Assembly (NCBI GenBank): GCA_041648665.1
Contig: JBAZOP010000003.1
Coordinates: forward strand, 5,082 to 69,081
Source: a bacterium
GTDB taxonomy: Bacteria > UBA10199 > 2-02-FULL-44-16 > JAAZCA01
Length of the DNA: 64,000 nucleotides
Reading direction: 5' to 3'
Of the stretch, positions 56,006 to 64,000 are shown in pieces. Numbering within the stretch: the first letter of the stretch is position 1; the number at the start of each line of letters is the position of its first letter. Under the pieces are notes generated by a model. It saw only the letters and a list, made by a program, of their open reading frames with translations, searched no databases and was not told the origin of the DNA. A program made the translations under genes and the position numbers.

Positions 56006-56427
56006 GTTGCCCATCCTGCATCATGGCCCTATCCGGGACGGACGGTTTCGACCCCTCCCCTACCAAGAACACCGCCCTGGGCGCAGTGGTTGGCGCTGCG
56101 GCAGGCTTCCTGCTGGCCGGAAGGCGATACCGCTGGGCTGGCCTCGCCGCCGGGGCAGTTGCGGGCTATCTGCTGGCCCCAACCGTCGTGCAGAGGGTCG
56201 CCAGCGCCTCCAGCCGCCCCGCTGCGGCCCCCGCTGCCCAGCCCCCGCCTCCTGAGCTGCTGCCGCCAGGAGGACGGCCTCCAGCCGCCAAGCTGACATC
56301 TCAGGCGATCCGCATCATGCCCGCCACAGCCTTGCAGCCTCCGCCCGAAATCACGCAGCAGACCGAGACGGACTCGTTTCTGGATGAGTGGATGCGGGGG
56401 CCTGACTCGGGGCCGCTTTCGTACTGA
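56002..56427 (+). CDS. Gly/Ala/Pro-rich membrane protein
   Basis: ATGA-coupled to the upstream gene. Two Gly-zipper TM helices. Confidence 0.4.
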   Translation: MSCPSCIMALSGTDGFDPSPTKNTALGAVVGAAAGFLLAGRRYRWAGLAAGAVAGYLLAPTVVQRVASASSRPAAAPAAQPPPPELLPPGGRPPAAKLTSQAIRIMPATALQPPPEITQQTETDSFLDEWMRGPDSGPLSY

Positions 56428-56441
56428 TCGGAGAATCGACC

Positions 56442-57419
56442 ATGGACCTGAAGTGCGTTGCAATCAACGTCGGTGCGGTAGCTCTCGGGGCGTATGCGGG
56501 GTACAGGTTCGTGCCCGGCCACAAGAAGGTTGGCGCTGCGGCGGGTGCTGCGGGAGGATTCGCGATTGCGTCCTTCTTGCTCGGCTGCAAGCTCTGGGAT
56601 GAAACCCCGGTCATGGTCGCACTGCCTGCGACGCCTGAAGGTGTCCCGACGACGCCTCCGATCCTTCAAGCGATCAGCCCGGACGGAGCGCCGATGCTCA
56701 CTCCCAAGCCGCTGATCGTTCCGGCGAAGACGTTCAAGCTGCCGTTGACGTTCAGCAAGACTGTCATGCCCACCCAGATTGCCCCGAGCGGGTCCGGGCT
56801 CTCCACACTCGTCGCGAGGTTGCAGGCCGGGATCGCAAGCGCGATGCCGGGGGCGAAAAAGGTCGCCGTCATCAAGCAGACGCAGCCCGTCAGCATCAAG
56901 CCCGCGGGAGTCATCACGCAAGAGCAGCTGTACAAGACTTGCTACGACGGGTGCATCGTCGAGCACAAGGGCCAGTGGAGCCCGAACATGTGGCTCTACT
57001 GCGAGAGGACATGCAAGGAGCAGACTGGCCTGCCTCAACCGGTCAGCCAAGTGCAAGGGGCGCAGATGAAAGACCCCGCGTGCATGAAGGCGTGCAGCGA
57101 CAATAACCCAGCCGACTTCATTGCCTCGGGCATGTGCAAAGACCGCTGTCCCGTGATCACCGTCTCGTCAGGGACGCTCTCCAATCTACTTGCGCGCGCC
57201 TCCGCGGTCCTGACGCCATCGAAGACTACGGCTTCCCCGGCGGCTGTGCCCGCGTACGCCCCGAAGCAGACTCCTTCGGCGGTATCCACCACAAGCTCTG
57301 TGGTGGCTCCGTCCTCGACGGGCGTGTTCCGTCTGGTTGCTGCCCCCACGACGAACACGTCGAAGACGAGCATCCCAGCTGGGACTTCGGCTGGGGTGCA
57401 GCCGGTGCCGGTGACCTGA
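56442..57419 (+). CDS. Cys-rich membrane protein
   Basis: N-terminal TM helices, then a Cys-rich region (CYDGC...C...C...C). Confidence 0.45.
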   Translation: MDLKCVAINVGAVALGAYAGYRFVPGHKKVGAAAGAAGGFAIASFLLGCKLWDETPVMVALPATPEGVPTTPPILQAISPDGAPMLTPKPLIVPAKTFKLPLTFSKTVMPTQIAPSGSGLSTLVARLQAGIASAMPGAKKVAVIKQTQPVSIKPAGVITQEQLYKTCYDGCIVEHKGQWSPNMWLYCERTCKEQTGLPQPVSQVQGAQMKDPACMKACSDNNPADFIASGMCKDRCPVITVSSGTLSNLLARASAVLTPSKTTASPAAVPAYAPKQTPSAVSTTSSVVAPSSTGVFRLVAAPTTNTSKTSIPAGTSAGVQPVPVT

Positions 57420-57619
57420 TGCTGGGCGCTCTTCTCATGAACGGGCGGGTACAGAAGTACGCCAAGTTCGCGTTCGGTCTGAGAGGCAGCGACGTGCGCG
57501 ACCTGGACAGCTACGGCATCCCCGTCTGGTCGGTCGTGCTCGCATCGTTCGTCATCGGCGGCTACGTGACCCTGCGGTTCGCACCGAACTTTCTGGTGGG
57601 ATGGGTGCGACCGAAGTGA
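57419..57619 (+). CDS. small membrane protein (66 aa)
   Basis: In-frame ATG overlapping the upstream stop. TM (VWSVVLASFVIGGYV). Confidence 0.3.
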   Translation: MLGALLMNGRVQKYAKFAFGLRGSDVRDLDSYGIPVWSVVLASFVIGGYVTLRFAPNFLVGWVRPK

Positions 57620-57630
57620 GAGGATAGGGG

Positions 57631-58323
57631 ATGCCCGGACTTCTGGAGTTCTTCCGATCGGCTATCAAGGGCGGCAACGGTGCCGGTGGCCCAGAGGACT
57701 TTCGTGCAGCTGCGAACCTCATCGACGGCGCAACGTTCGTGCAGCAGACCGTGAGTGCGCTGTCTGGCGAGCGCGCGCAGGCGCTGCTGTTCGAGGTGCT
57801 GCTTCCGTGGGCGGGGCAGGTTGCGGGCTTGGCCGTGAACAGATGGACCTCGATGCGATCGGGTCGGCGATCGCACTGCCGCCTTCAGGTGAAGGGTGAG
57901 CCGTGCCGCAGAGCGAGCGCCTCAACCTGCTTCGGTTGCGGCAAGCCCGTGTGTCTCGAACACGCGTTCGTCGGATCGGACTCGACGCTGGTGTGTTGGG
58001 AGTGCATGCGCGTCGGGGTGAACACCGCCGTCAAGGGGCGCAAGCATTCGGAGCATCAGCCGCCGCCCGAGAACTGGAACTGGGACAACTCCGCCGCTCC
58101 GTCTCCGGAGGAGCAGCAGAAGAAGGACATCGGCTGGGCATACGCAACCATCGGCGTGGCCGAAACAGCGACCGATGACGAGATCAAGTCCGCGTACCGC
58201 AAGGCGAGCGCGAAGTGGCACCCGGACCGCGCGAAGGACCCGCAGGAAGCCAAGAGCCACGCGGAGATGTTCAAGTCGATTCAGCTCGCGATGCAGACCA
58301 TCAGGCAGCAGCGCAACGTCTAG
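57631..58323 (+). CDS. J-domain (DnaJ-like) protein with N-terminal CxxC cluster
   Basis: C-terminal IKSAYRKASAKWHPDRAKDPQEAKSHAEMFKSIQLAMQTI contains the diagnostic HPD tripeptide. CFGCGKPVC and CWEC lie upstream. Confidence 0.6.
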   Translation: MPGLLEFFRSAIKGGNGAGGPEDFRAAANLIDGATFVQQTVSALSGERAQALLFEVLLPWAGQVAGLAVNRWTSMRSGRRSHCRLQVKGEPCRRASASTCFGCGKPVCLEHAFVGSDSTLVCWECMRVGVNTAVKGRKHSEHQPPPENWNWDNSAAPSPEEQQKKDIGWAYATIGVAETATDDEIKSAYRKASAKWHPDRAKDPQEAKSHAEMFKSIQLAMQTIRQQRNV

Positions 58324-58332
58324 GAGATCGCG

Positions 58333-58728
58333 ATGTTCTACAAACACCAAGCAATCCAGCCGACCCCAGGCCTCGCGTTCGAGGCCTTCGATCGCCGGTA
58401 TCGCAACCCGATGATGCCCCAGCAGGCATACAGGCCGCGCGCGGCGGGCCCGGAGTTCCTGGCCACAGACGGGACCGACCACGCGTACATGACCGCGTTC
58501 CGGAGCCGCAACCCGGTGAACCTTCGAGGCTTCGGGCTCGACGTGAACCAGCTGCTCGGGGATCAGGTGGGTCAGGTCATCGACGCGGCGATCGAGCGTA
58601 GCTGGCCCAAGATCCAGGTGAAGCTCAACGAGAGCCTCAAGCCCGTCATGTACATGCTCGGAGCCGCCGTCCTGCTTTCTGCCGCGGGCGCGACGCTGTC
58701 CTACCTCACGTACTCGAAAAGGGCTTGA
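58333..58728 (+). CDS. hypothetical membrane protein
   Basis: C-terminal TM (VMYMLGAAVLLSAAGATLSYL). Confidence 0.4.
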   Translation: MFYKHQAIQPTPGLAFEAFDRRYRNPMMPQQAYRPRAAGPEFLATDGTDHAYMTAFRSRNPVNLRGFGLDVNQLLGDQVGQVIDAAIERSWPKIQVKLNESLKPVMYMLGAAVLLSAAGATLSYLTYSKRA

Positions 58729-58761
58729 CGGTTGCCCTAGCGACGTGAGACCTTTCGGCTC

Positions 58762-59460
58762 ATGTCGCAGCCCCCGCCGAAGGTCGAAACGCCTACCCCT
58801 TCCGCCGATACCTTGAACGATAGCCCAGCCGAAACAATTCCCGCTCCTTCGCCTGCGGAAGCGCCGAAAGATGAGCTTGAGGCAATGGCCGAAGGGTGCG
58901 AGGCCAACCTCTCGATCATGGTGCGTGGGGGGACGAGCACCTACGCCCACGACATGGCCGAAAAGAAGCGCTGGGCGGAAGCCGAAGCGCGCCGCGACAT
59001 GCTGGAGCGCTATCAGCAGATCGCCAACACGCCCATCGAAAAGGGCGGCGGCGTCATGTACTCGAAGCAGTTCGCCGATCCGCTTTCGTCTCCGCGTGTG
59101 CTTCTTCGATACGTCAACTCGAAGAAGGAAACGCTTTGCGAGATGCTCTGCGAGCTGATCGAAAGCGACACGACGGGCGATCTCATCCTTCAGTTCGTGT
59201 GCCCGGAGTGCGTGAAGCGCGGCGTACACATGGATGCGGCGCAGTGCACGGTGCGAGACACGCACCGCAAGTGGTTCGTCGATACGAAGTGCACCGGGGA
59301 GATGCGCAAGGCAGAGACCGTGGACATGCGCGGGAACAAGATCCTGGAGCCGTATCTGCACGCCGGGGACATCGTGGACACGGAGATGCTCACCTGCGAC
59401 AGGTGCGCGACGGCGTACAAGATCCACAAGAACATGCTTTACCGCGTATGGGGCAAGTGA
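58762..59460 (+). CDS. hypothetical protein with CPEC...C...C pairs
   Basis: 232-aa ORF. Confidence 0.4.
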   Translation: MSQPPPKVETPTPSADTLNDSPAETIPAPSPAEAPKDELEAMAEGCEANLSIMVRGGTSTYAHDMAEKKRWAEAEARRDMLERYQQIANTPIEKGGGVMYSKQFADPLSSPRVLLRYVNSKKETLCEMLCELIESDTTGDLILQFVCPECVKRGVHMDAAQCTVRDTHRKWFVDTKCTGEMRKAETVDMRGNKILEPYLHAGDIVDTEMLTCDRCATAYKIHKNMLYRVWGK

Positions 59461-60806
59461 TGGGTCTCGAAGAGTTCATCATCGACGAGCAGTGCGAAGG
59501 CTCTATCGAGCAGCAGCTCGCAGAGCACGGCGACATGTGGAAGGAAGGGCGGGCCGCGAAGCACGAGCGAGGCATCGTCTACAAGGCCCCGTGGGAGACG
59601 CAGCACGACGGCGTGTGCATCGCGGCGCGTCGGCATGCGCGCGCGCTCCGGATGACGGGCGTGCCGGTGTTCCTGCAATCGGACAGCTTCACCCACTCGA
59701 ACCTGGGCGTTGTGTCGGAGGTCGAGTATTTCAGCCTCCCCGGGCTGGTGCGCGCGGAGGTGGATGGCATCACGCAGGTGGATCACGGACAGTCGCTTCT
59801 GCTCATCCGGCACTGCGTGCCGACGCGCGGGGCTCTTGAAGCTCTCGTCTATCCTCCCGTGATGCGGCTTCTGAACCATGAGCAGCTCACAGTGGTCCGC
59901 AAGGCGATGATCTTGTTCAGCGCGTTCGAGACCGACAAGCTCGACGAAGACGCCGTGCGGTACATGAACATGCTCGGGCGCGTCTGGGTAACGTGCGACA
60001 AGAACAAGCAGTGGCTCTCGGCAGCAGGCGTGGACGAGGCCCACATCGTTGTGGTGCCCCACCCCTTCTACGGCAAGGACCCGATGGCGCAGCCCAGGAC
60101 TGGCAAGCGCACGGGACTCTTCAGGTTTCTCAACGTCTCGAAGTGGGAGCCCCGCAAAGCGCAGCACGACCTTATCGGCGGATTCCTGCTGGCTTTCGGC
60201 CCAGCCGATGACGCAGAGCTGGTCCTGAAGTGCAACCCGTTCGCACGCGTCGAGGGCTACCCCGCGGACTGGCAGGCCTCCATCGAGCAGTGGGCCGCGA
60301 ACGAGAAGGTTTCCGCACGTTGGACCAAGGAGAAGATATACGAACGCGTAAAGGTGCTATGGAAAGCCCACATGACGCGTGCAGAGCTGGCGCAGCTCTA
60401 CCGTGAGTGCGACGTGTACGTGAGCACTGGGCGGGCCGAAGGCTTCGATTTGCCCGCATTCGACGCGAAGCTCTCGGGGATGAGAATGATCCATGCAGCG
60501 AGCGGCGGGCCTGAGATGTTTCACCAGCCGGGCGTGGATGTGCTGATCGATCCGACTGCGGAGACGCAGCCGTTCCACCCGATCTACAACGCCGCCCCGG
60601 ATGCGAGGTGGTGTGGGTTCGACGCGACGCACGTGAGCCACGCGCTGATGGCTGCGTACGCGTGCTTCCGCGATCCGATCCCTGCGTTCGACCGGAGCAG
60701 GTACACGATGAAGGCAGTCGGGGCCGTGATGCGCCAGTCGTGCAACGAGCTTCTGAAGGAGCACGGTACGGACATCTCGAACGTGAACGTGGACGCCTCG
60801 CCATGA
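59460..60806 (+). CDS. GT-B fold glycosyltransferase (GT4-like)
   Basis: C-terminal STGRAEGFDLPAFDAKLSGMRMI matches the E-x7-E-type donor-binding region. Confidence 0.5.
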   Translation: MGLEEFIIDEQCEGSIEQQLAEHGDMWKEGRAAKHERGIVYKAPWETQHDGVCIAARRHARALRMTGVPVFLQSDSFTHSNLGVVSEVEYFSLPGLVRAEVDGITQVDHGQSLLLIRHCVPTRGALEALVYPPVMRLLNHEQLTVVRKAMILFSAFETDKLDEDAVRYMNMLGRVWVTCDKNKQWLSAAGVDEAHIVVVPHPFYGKDPMAQPRTGKRTGLFRFLNVSKWEPRKAQHDLIGGFLLAFGPADDAELVLKCNPFARVEGYPADWQASIEQWAANEKVSARWTKEKIYERVKVLWKAHMTRAELAQLYRECDVYVSTGRAEGFDLPAFDAKLSGMRMIHAASGGPEMFHQPGVDVLIDPTAETQPFHPIYNAAPDARWCGFDATHVSHALMAAYACFRDPIPAFDRSRYTMKAVGAVMRQSCNELLKEHGTDISNVNVDASP

Positions 60807-61120
60807 AGCAAGTCTTCCCCCACAGGTTCTCAGCAGCGTTGGGGCTGAAGGTGCTCAGGCTTGCCGAAGCGCAGCTGCGAGAGCAGCATCCGGCTCTCGG
60901 GCTGACGACGATATGGGAAGAGCAGAAGAGCCGCGTGGGGTTCGGGTTCACCGCTTTGACGACACGGTTTGCTGGGGTGATCACGTCGAAGGATCGAGGT
61001 CTGCACCTGGAGATGGACGTGCCGACGATCTTCAAAGCGTGGATCCCTCTCGCCAAGCAGGTGATCGAACGCGAGGTCGGCAAGTGGATCGCGCGTGTCG
61101 AGAAGGGGGAACTCGGATGA
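60803..61120 (+). CDS. hypothetical protein
   Basis: ATGA-coupled to the upstream gene. 105 aa. Confidence 0.4.
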   Translation: MKQVFPHRFSAALGLKVLRLAEAQLREQHPALGLTTIWEEQKSRVGFGFTALTTRFAGVITSKDRGLHLEMDVPTIFKAWIPLAKQVIEREVGKWIARVEKGELG

Positions 61121-62277
61121 GCAAGGAGATTGGCCTCGCGTACCCCGGATGCTCCTATGCAGTTCGAGACCACGGAGTACAACCCATGAGTCTCTGCGTC
61201 TACGGTCCCAAGATCGGCTACTCCAGCCTGGAAGTCGTCACGCGCGGCATGATCGAGGCCGGGATCGAGCACGGCGTGTTCTCGGGGCACGTTCCGACCG
61301 GGCGGTCCTACGACGATCACGATCTGTATCGGGGCAGGGACGCGAGCTGTGCCGTGCTGTGCGGCGGGTACCCAGAGATGCCGATCCTCGAATACGGCGT
61401 CCACCGCTACCGATCGTTCATGCTCGCCGCGAACAGCACGTGGGTTCCGGATGCGTTCTGGGCTCACTCAAGATCGCAACTGACGGAGATCCTGACGCCT
61501 TCGGAGTGGAGCAAGCAGCAGATCGAGTCAGCTCGCCCCAGCAGCGTCGGCCTTCCCGTGCGCGTTGTGCCTCACGGCGTGCTCGCTGGCTTCAAGCCGG
61601 TGGAGCCAGGGGAGAGTCCGAAGGTCAACGTGTGCGGACCGCCGGGGAAGTTCGTTGTGACGCACTTCGCTGGCTCAAGCGACGAGCGCAAGGGAAGCCT
61701 GGAGCTGGTCAAGGCGTTCATGGCGTGGCCGAAGCGCGACGATGCGTTCCTGTTTCTCTGCATGAACAGCATGCAGGTGCACGTGTTCACGATGAAGGTG
61801 CTCGACTTGTTTGGCGAAGAGGCGCAGAAGCACATGGCGATTGTCCCGCAGCTCAACGCGGAGCCCGAGACAATGCGCTGGGTCTACGCCGCCTCCGATC
61901 TGGTCTGCCAGCCTTCACGGGCGGAGGGCTTCGGCCTCGTTCCTCTTGAGGCGCTCTGTTGCGGGACTCCGATCGCGGCCACAAAATCGACTGGCCATCT
62001 GCAATGGATGCTCGGCGCGAGGGGCGAGGTTGGGGCTGGTATTGTGCCGATCGAGGTAGAAGCGCCGCGCAAGATTGACTACGATCCGGGCGGCATGGCA
62101 CCGCATGTGAGCGTGGACGCGATCGCCGCTGCGCTGGACTTCGCATTCACGCACATCGAGGTGCTGCGCAGGGAAGCGATGGAGTTTGCGAGCGATCGTC
62201 GCTCGTGTTGGTCGTGGGCGAATCAGACACGCGCGTGGGTGTCACAACTGAAGGAAAGGTATGTGAGCGATGGTTGA
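61117..62277 (+). CDS. GT-B fold glycosyltransferase (GT4-like)
   Basis: QPSRAEGFGLVPLEALCCGTPIAA is the classic GT4 motif. Confidence 0.6.
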   Translation: MSKEIGLAYPGCSYAVRDHGVQPMSLCVYGPKIGYSSLEVVTRGMIEAGIEHGVFSGHVPTGRSYDDHDLYRGRDASCAVLCGGYPEMPILEYGVHRYRSFMLAANSTWVPDAFWAHSRSQLTEILTPSEWSKQQIESARPSSVGLPVRVVPHGVLAGFKPVEPGESPKVNVCGPPGKFVVTHFAGSSDERKGSLELVKAFMAWPKRDDAFLFLCMNSMQVHVFTMKVLDLFGEEAQKHMAIVPQLNAEPETMRWVYAASDLVCQPSRAEGFGLVPLEALCCGTPIAATKSTGHLQWMLGARGEVGAGIVPIEVEAPRKIDYDPGGMAPHVSVDAIAAALDFAFTHIEVLRREAMEFASDRRSCWSWANQTRAWVSQLKERYVSDG

Positions 62278-62611
62278 TCTCGAACCCTATGTGGGAGAAG
62301 TCGTGCTTCTCATGCTGGCCAAGCCCCTGCCGTACGTCCTCAAGCAGGGCCTCCAGTTCGCGCCGGTAATGGTCAGCAAACAGCTTCAACCGAATGAGCC
62401 CCCGGTGCAAATCCCGGCCCTGACGGAGATGTTGCAGGGCAAGGTCGAGAAGCGCGGCAACAACTACGTGATGTCGTACTCCAACCCCACCAAGGACGGG
62501 ACACGCATGTCCATTGCCATCGATCCCAACATGGTGGACGCCGTGTACTCGCACAGCGGGATCGCTGTCGTCAGTCCTCTGATGGAGATTCCGGGGTCTC
62601 CGGGACAGTAA
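62270..62611 (+). CDS. hypothetical protein
   Basis: 113-aa ORF overlapping the upstream stop. Confidence 0.4.
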   Translation: MVDLEPYVGEVVLLMLAKPLPYVLKQGLQFAPVMVSKQLQPNEPPVQIPALTEMLQGKVEKRGNNYVMSYSNPTKDGTRMSIAIDPNMVDAVYSHSGIAVVSPLMEIPGSPGQ

Positions 62612-63131
62612 GACGGATCCGGGCTACCGTTCCGTCGTCTCCATAGGAGATGACGGGCGAGATCCTCAAGTCCCTGTCCCCGAGCCGCGCGCACGCTCCG
62701 ACCTGACCATTCGCACAACGGAACGACCCTCCGGGCCTGCTCTCCCTGCGGCACGCCTGGAGGGCCCGCTCGCGCTCTTCGTAGGATGACTCGTTGCCGT
62801 AGAAGAAGGACGGGTCGCCGACGAAGAGCATGGCGAGCGTGCCCCAGACGTGGCCCACCTGTAGGAACTCCGACTCCGGGTGGACGGCGGGCGGGCTCGG
62901 GTCAGGTCCGAGCGACAGCTCGATGACCCTGTGCTTCTTGGGCTTGGTCGGATGCTTGACGACATGGAGCCCCACGAACAGCTTGTCGCCGCCGAAGGGC
63001 AGGTACAGGCAAAACTCGTCCATCGGGTGGTGGAGCTTGCGGGCTACGGGGACGATGAGCAGCCTGCCCGACTCGACAGCCAGCTCGCCTCCCGTTGTGG
63101 GCTCAGAAGTGCTGGGGTATGATGAGGCCAT
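62571..63131 (-). CDS. hypothetical protein
   Basis: Preferred start is MASSYPSTSE. Converges on the previous plus gene with a 41-nt overlap. Confidence 0.35.
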   Translation of the reverse strand: MASSYPSTSEPTTGGELAVESGRLLIVPVARKLHHPMDEFCLYLPFGGDKLFVGLHVVKHPTKPKKHRVIELSLGPDPSPPAVHPESEFLQVGHVWGTLAMLFVGDPSFFYGNESSYEERERALQACRRESRPGGSFRCANGQVGACARLGDRDLRISPVISYGDDGTVARIRLTVPETPESPSED

Positions 63132-63347
63132 GGCACGAACTCTCGTTGGGACAATCACACGGATGACGGCAAGCGTGTACGTGGCTGAGCGCGTGCCGCC
63201 CTACGGAACCGACTCGGTGATCAGGGGCTCGTTCCCGGAGGCCAAGCTGTGGCTCAAGGGGTGCGTGAACGACGATCTGACGGAGACTCGCAACGCGAAC
63301 GCGCTGCCTCCCGAGATCGTCTACCTGTACACCCCCGGATGACGACA

Positions 63348-63986
63348 TCAGGTGACCCACTGCTCCGCAAACACCAGCATCACAGGGTCAGGTAGCTCGT
63401 CGGTGAACGTCTCGGAGAAGTTGGGCTTGGCTCTGCGCCTCACGATCGGCTGCTTGAACTTGGCAGTCTCCTGCTTCGCCTCCTCTTTGCTCTGCCACGC
63501 CCGCGAGGTTTGCTCTTCGTAGCTGCGGCCCGCCGGTATGCCGCCGTGCGCTTCCTGCGATTCCTCGAACTCCGTCTCCACCTCGGCGTACCTTTCGGCC
63601 TTCTTGCCAACGGCCATTTGCAGGCGTCGAGCCACCTCAACGTCGCCGACTTTCTCCTCGGCAAGCTCGCCGCGGTCCTTGAGCATCTGCGTCACGGTCT
63701 GTCCCCAGGCCTCGGCGATGACATCTCGCATCCGCTCGGCGCTGTGCGCCGCCATGTCAGCAGGATGAAGCCGACGAAGTTCTTCTTCGATGGCGGCAGG
63801 GCAGGGCACGATGTACGCGAGCCATGCGTAGTAGTGCCTTCGGATCATGTCGTGATGCTCTTGAGCGTCGGGGCCACGCTTGCCCATGGCCTCCTTGTGA
63901 CGCTCCCACAGGTTGCGAGCGATGCGCCGAAGGACGCACTCGGAATCGGTGCCGTGTCTGCGCCAGAACTCCTCCTTCGTCCGCAT
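63348..63986 (-). CDS. hypothetical charged protein
   Basis: 212-aa ORF. Confidence 0.45.
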   Translation of the reverse strand: MRTKEEFWRRHGTDSECVLRRIARNLWERHKEAMGKRGPDAQEHHDMIRRHYYAWLAYIVPCPAAIEEELRRLHPADMAAHSAERMRDVIAEAWGQTVTQMLKDRGELAEEKVGDVEVARRLQMAVGKKAERYAEVETEFEESQEAHGGIPAGRSYEEQTSRAWQSKEEAKQETAKFKQPIVRRRAKPNFSETFTDELPDPVMLVFAEQWVT

Positions 63987-64000
63987 GTCGTGAACGATGG

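Noticed and set aside
63130-63342. 70-aa plus-strand ORF MARTLVGTITRMTASVYVAERVPPYGTD, diverging from the minus gene start at a CCATGG
   Set aside because: It is an isolated plus-strand ORF between two minus-strand genes and has no RBS. It is kept only as a low-probability alternative to the 216-nt intergenic gap.
1-64000. CRISPR arrays, rRNA, integrase or attachment sites
   Set aside because: No regularly spaced identical direct repeats with unique spacers. No rRNA-like conserved stretches. No tyrosine or serine recombinase motifs seen in any ORF.
1-64000. Eukaryotic giant-virus origin (the high GC recalled Pandoravirus-like genomes)
   Set aside because: Rejected because of GGAGG-type RBS at many starts, pervasive stop/start overlaps (GTGA, ATGA) indicating operonic translation coupling, an ECF sigma factor, and SSB, holin and endolysin-like genes.

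Overview
This 64 kb window has very high GC (about 65-70 % by eye) and is densely packed with genes. Adjacent genes repeatedly overlap at start/stop codons (GTGA / ATGA), and GGAGG-like ribosome-binding sites precede many starts. Almost all products are small and novel. Together with an ECF sigma factor, SSB, two homing-type nucleases (HNH and GIY-YIG) and a lysis-like cluster, this points to a large virus or prophage of a high-GC bacterium rather than chromosomal DNA. No terminase, portal, tRNA or CRISPR array is recognisable in the window.

Layout: positions 1-666 carry three plus-strand genes. Positions 742-21312 form one long minus-strand block. Positions 21581-62611 form one long plus-strand block, and the block diverges from the minus block across an AT-richer region around 21313-21580. 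Positions 62571-64000 carry minus-strand genes again.

Minus block: rmlC, rmlA and rmlB (dTDP-rhamnose pathway, no rmlD seen), an SSB, two paralogous GxSxG esterases with C-terminal membrane anchors, many small membrane proteins, a signal-anchored NlpC/P60 peptidase, and an 803-aa coiled-coil Q/P-rich protein. It ends in a GIY-YIG nuclease gene sitting in a low-GC island flanked by direct repeats.

Plus block: a replication module (AEP primase-polymerase, HNH nuclease, AAA_25/RepA-like ATPase, SF2 helicase), followed by large beta-rich putative virion proteins with lectin-like/fibre-like composition. Next come host-interaction enzymes (HExxH metalloprotease, CX5R dual-specificity phosphatase, putative transglutaminase-like protein, J-domain protein). 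The block ends with a paralogous pair of about 260-aa proteins that are candidate coat proteins, and two GT-B glycosyltransferases.

Most unusual is a tandem array (about 39.1-47.8 kb) of at least ten paralogous genes. Each encodes a Cys-rich, peptidoglycan-binding-like protein that ends in a single transmembrane helix followed by a conserved A-x-(A/P)-N-R-R-R-R-R-R(-H-H-R) tail. Immediately downstream is an 810-aa polybasic, protamine-like protein with internal repeats and membrane segments.

A conserved 30-bp element occurs five times on the coding strand immediately upstream of three of these genes, twice as tandem copies 73 bp apart. It is a candidate virus-specific promoter, possibly read by the encoded ECF sigma factor.

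All functional calls come from motifs read by eye. No homology search was possible.
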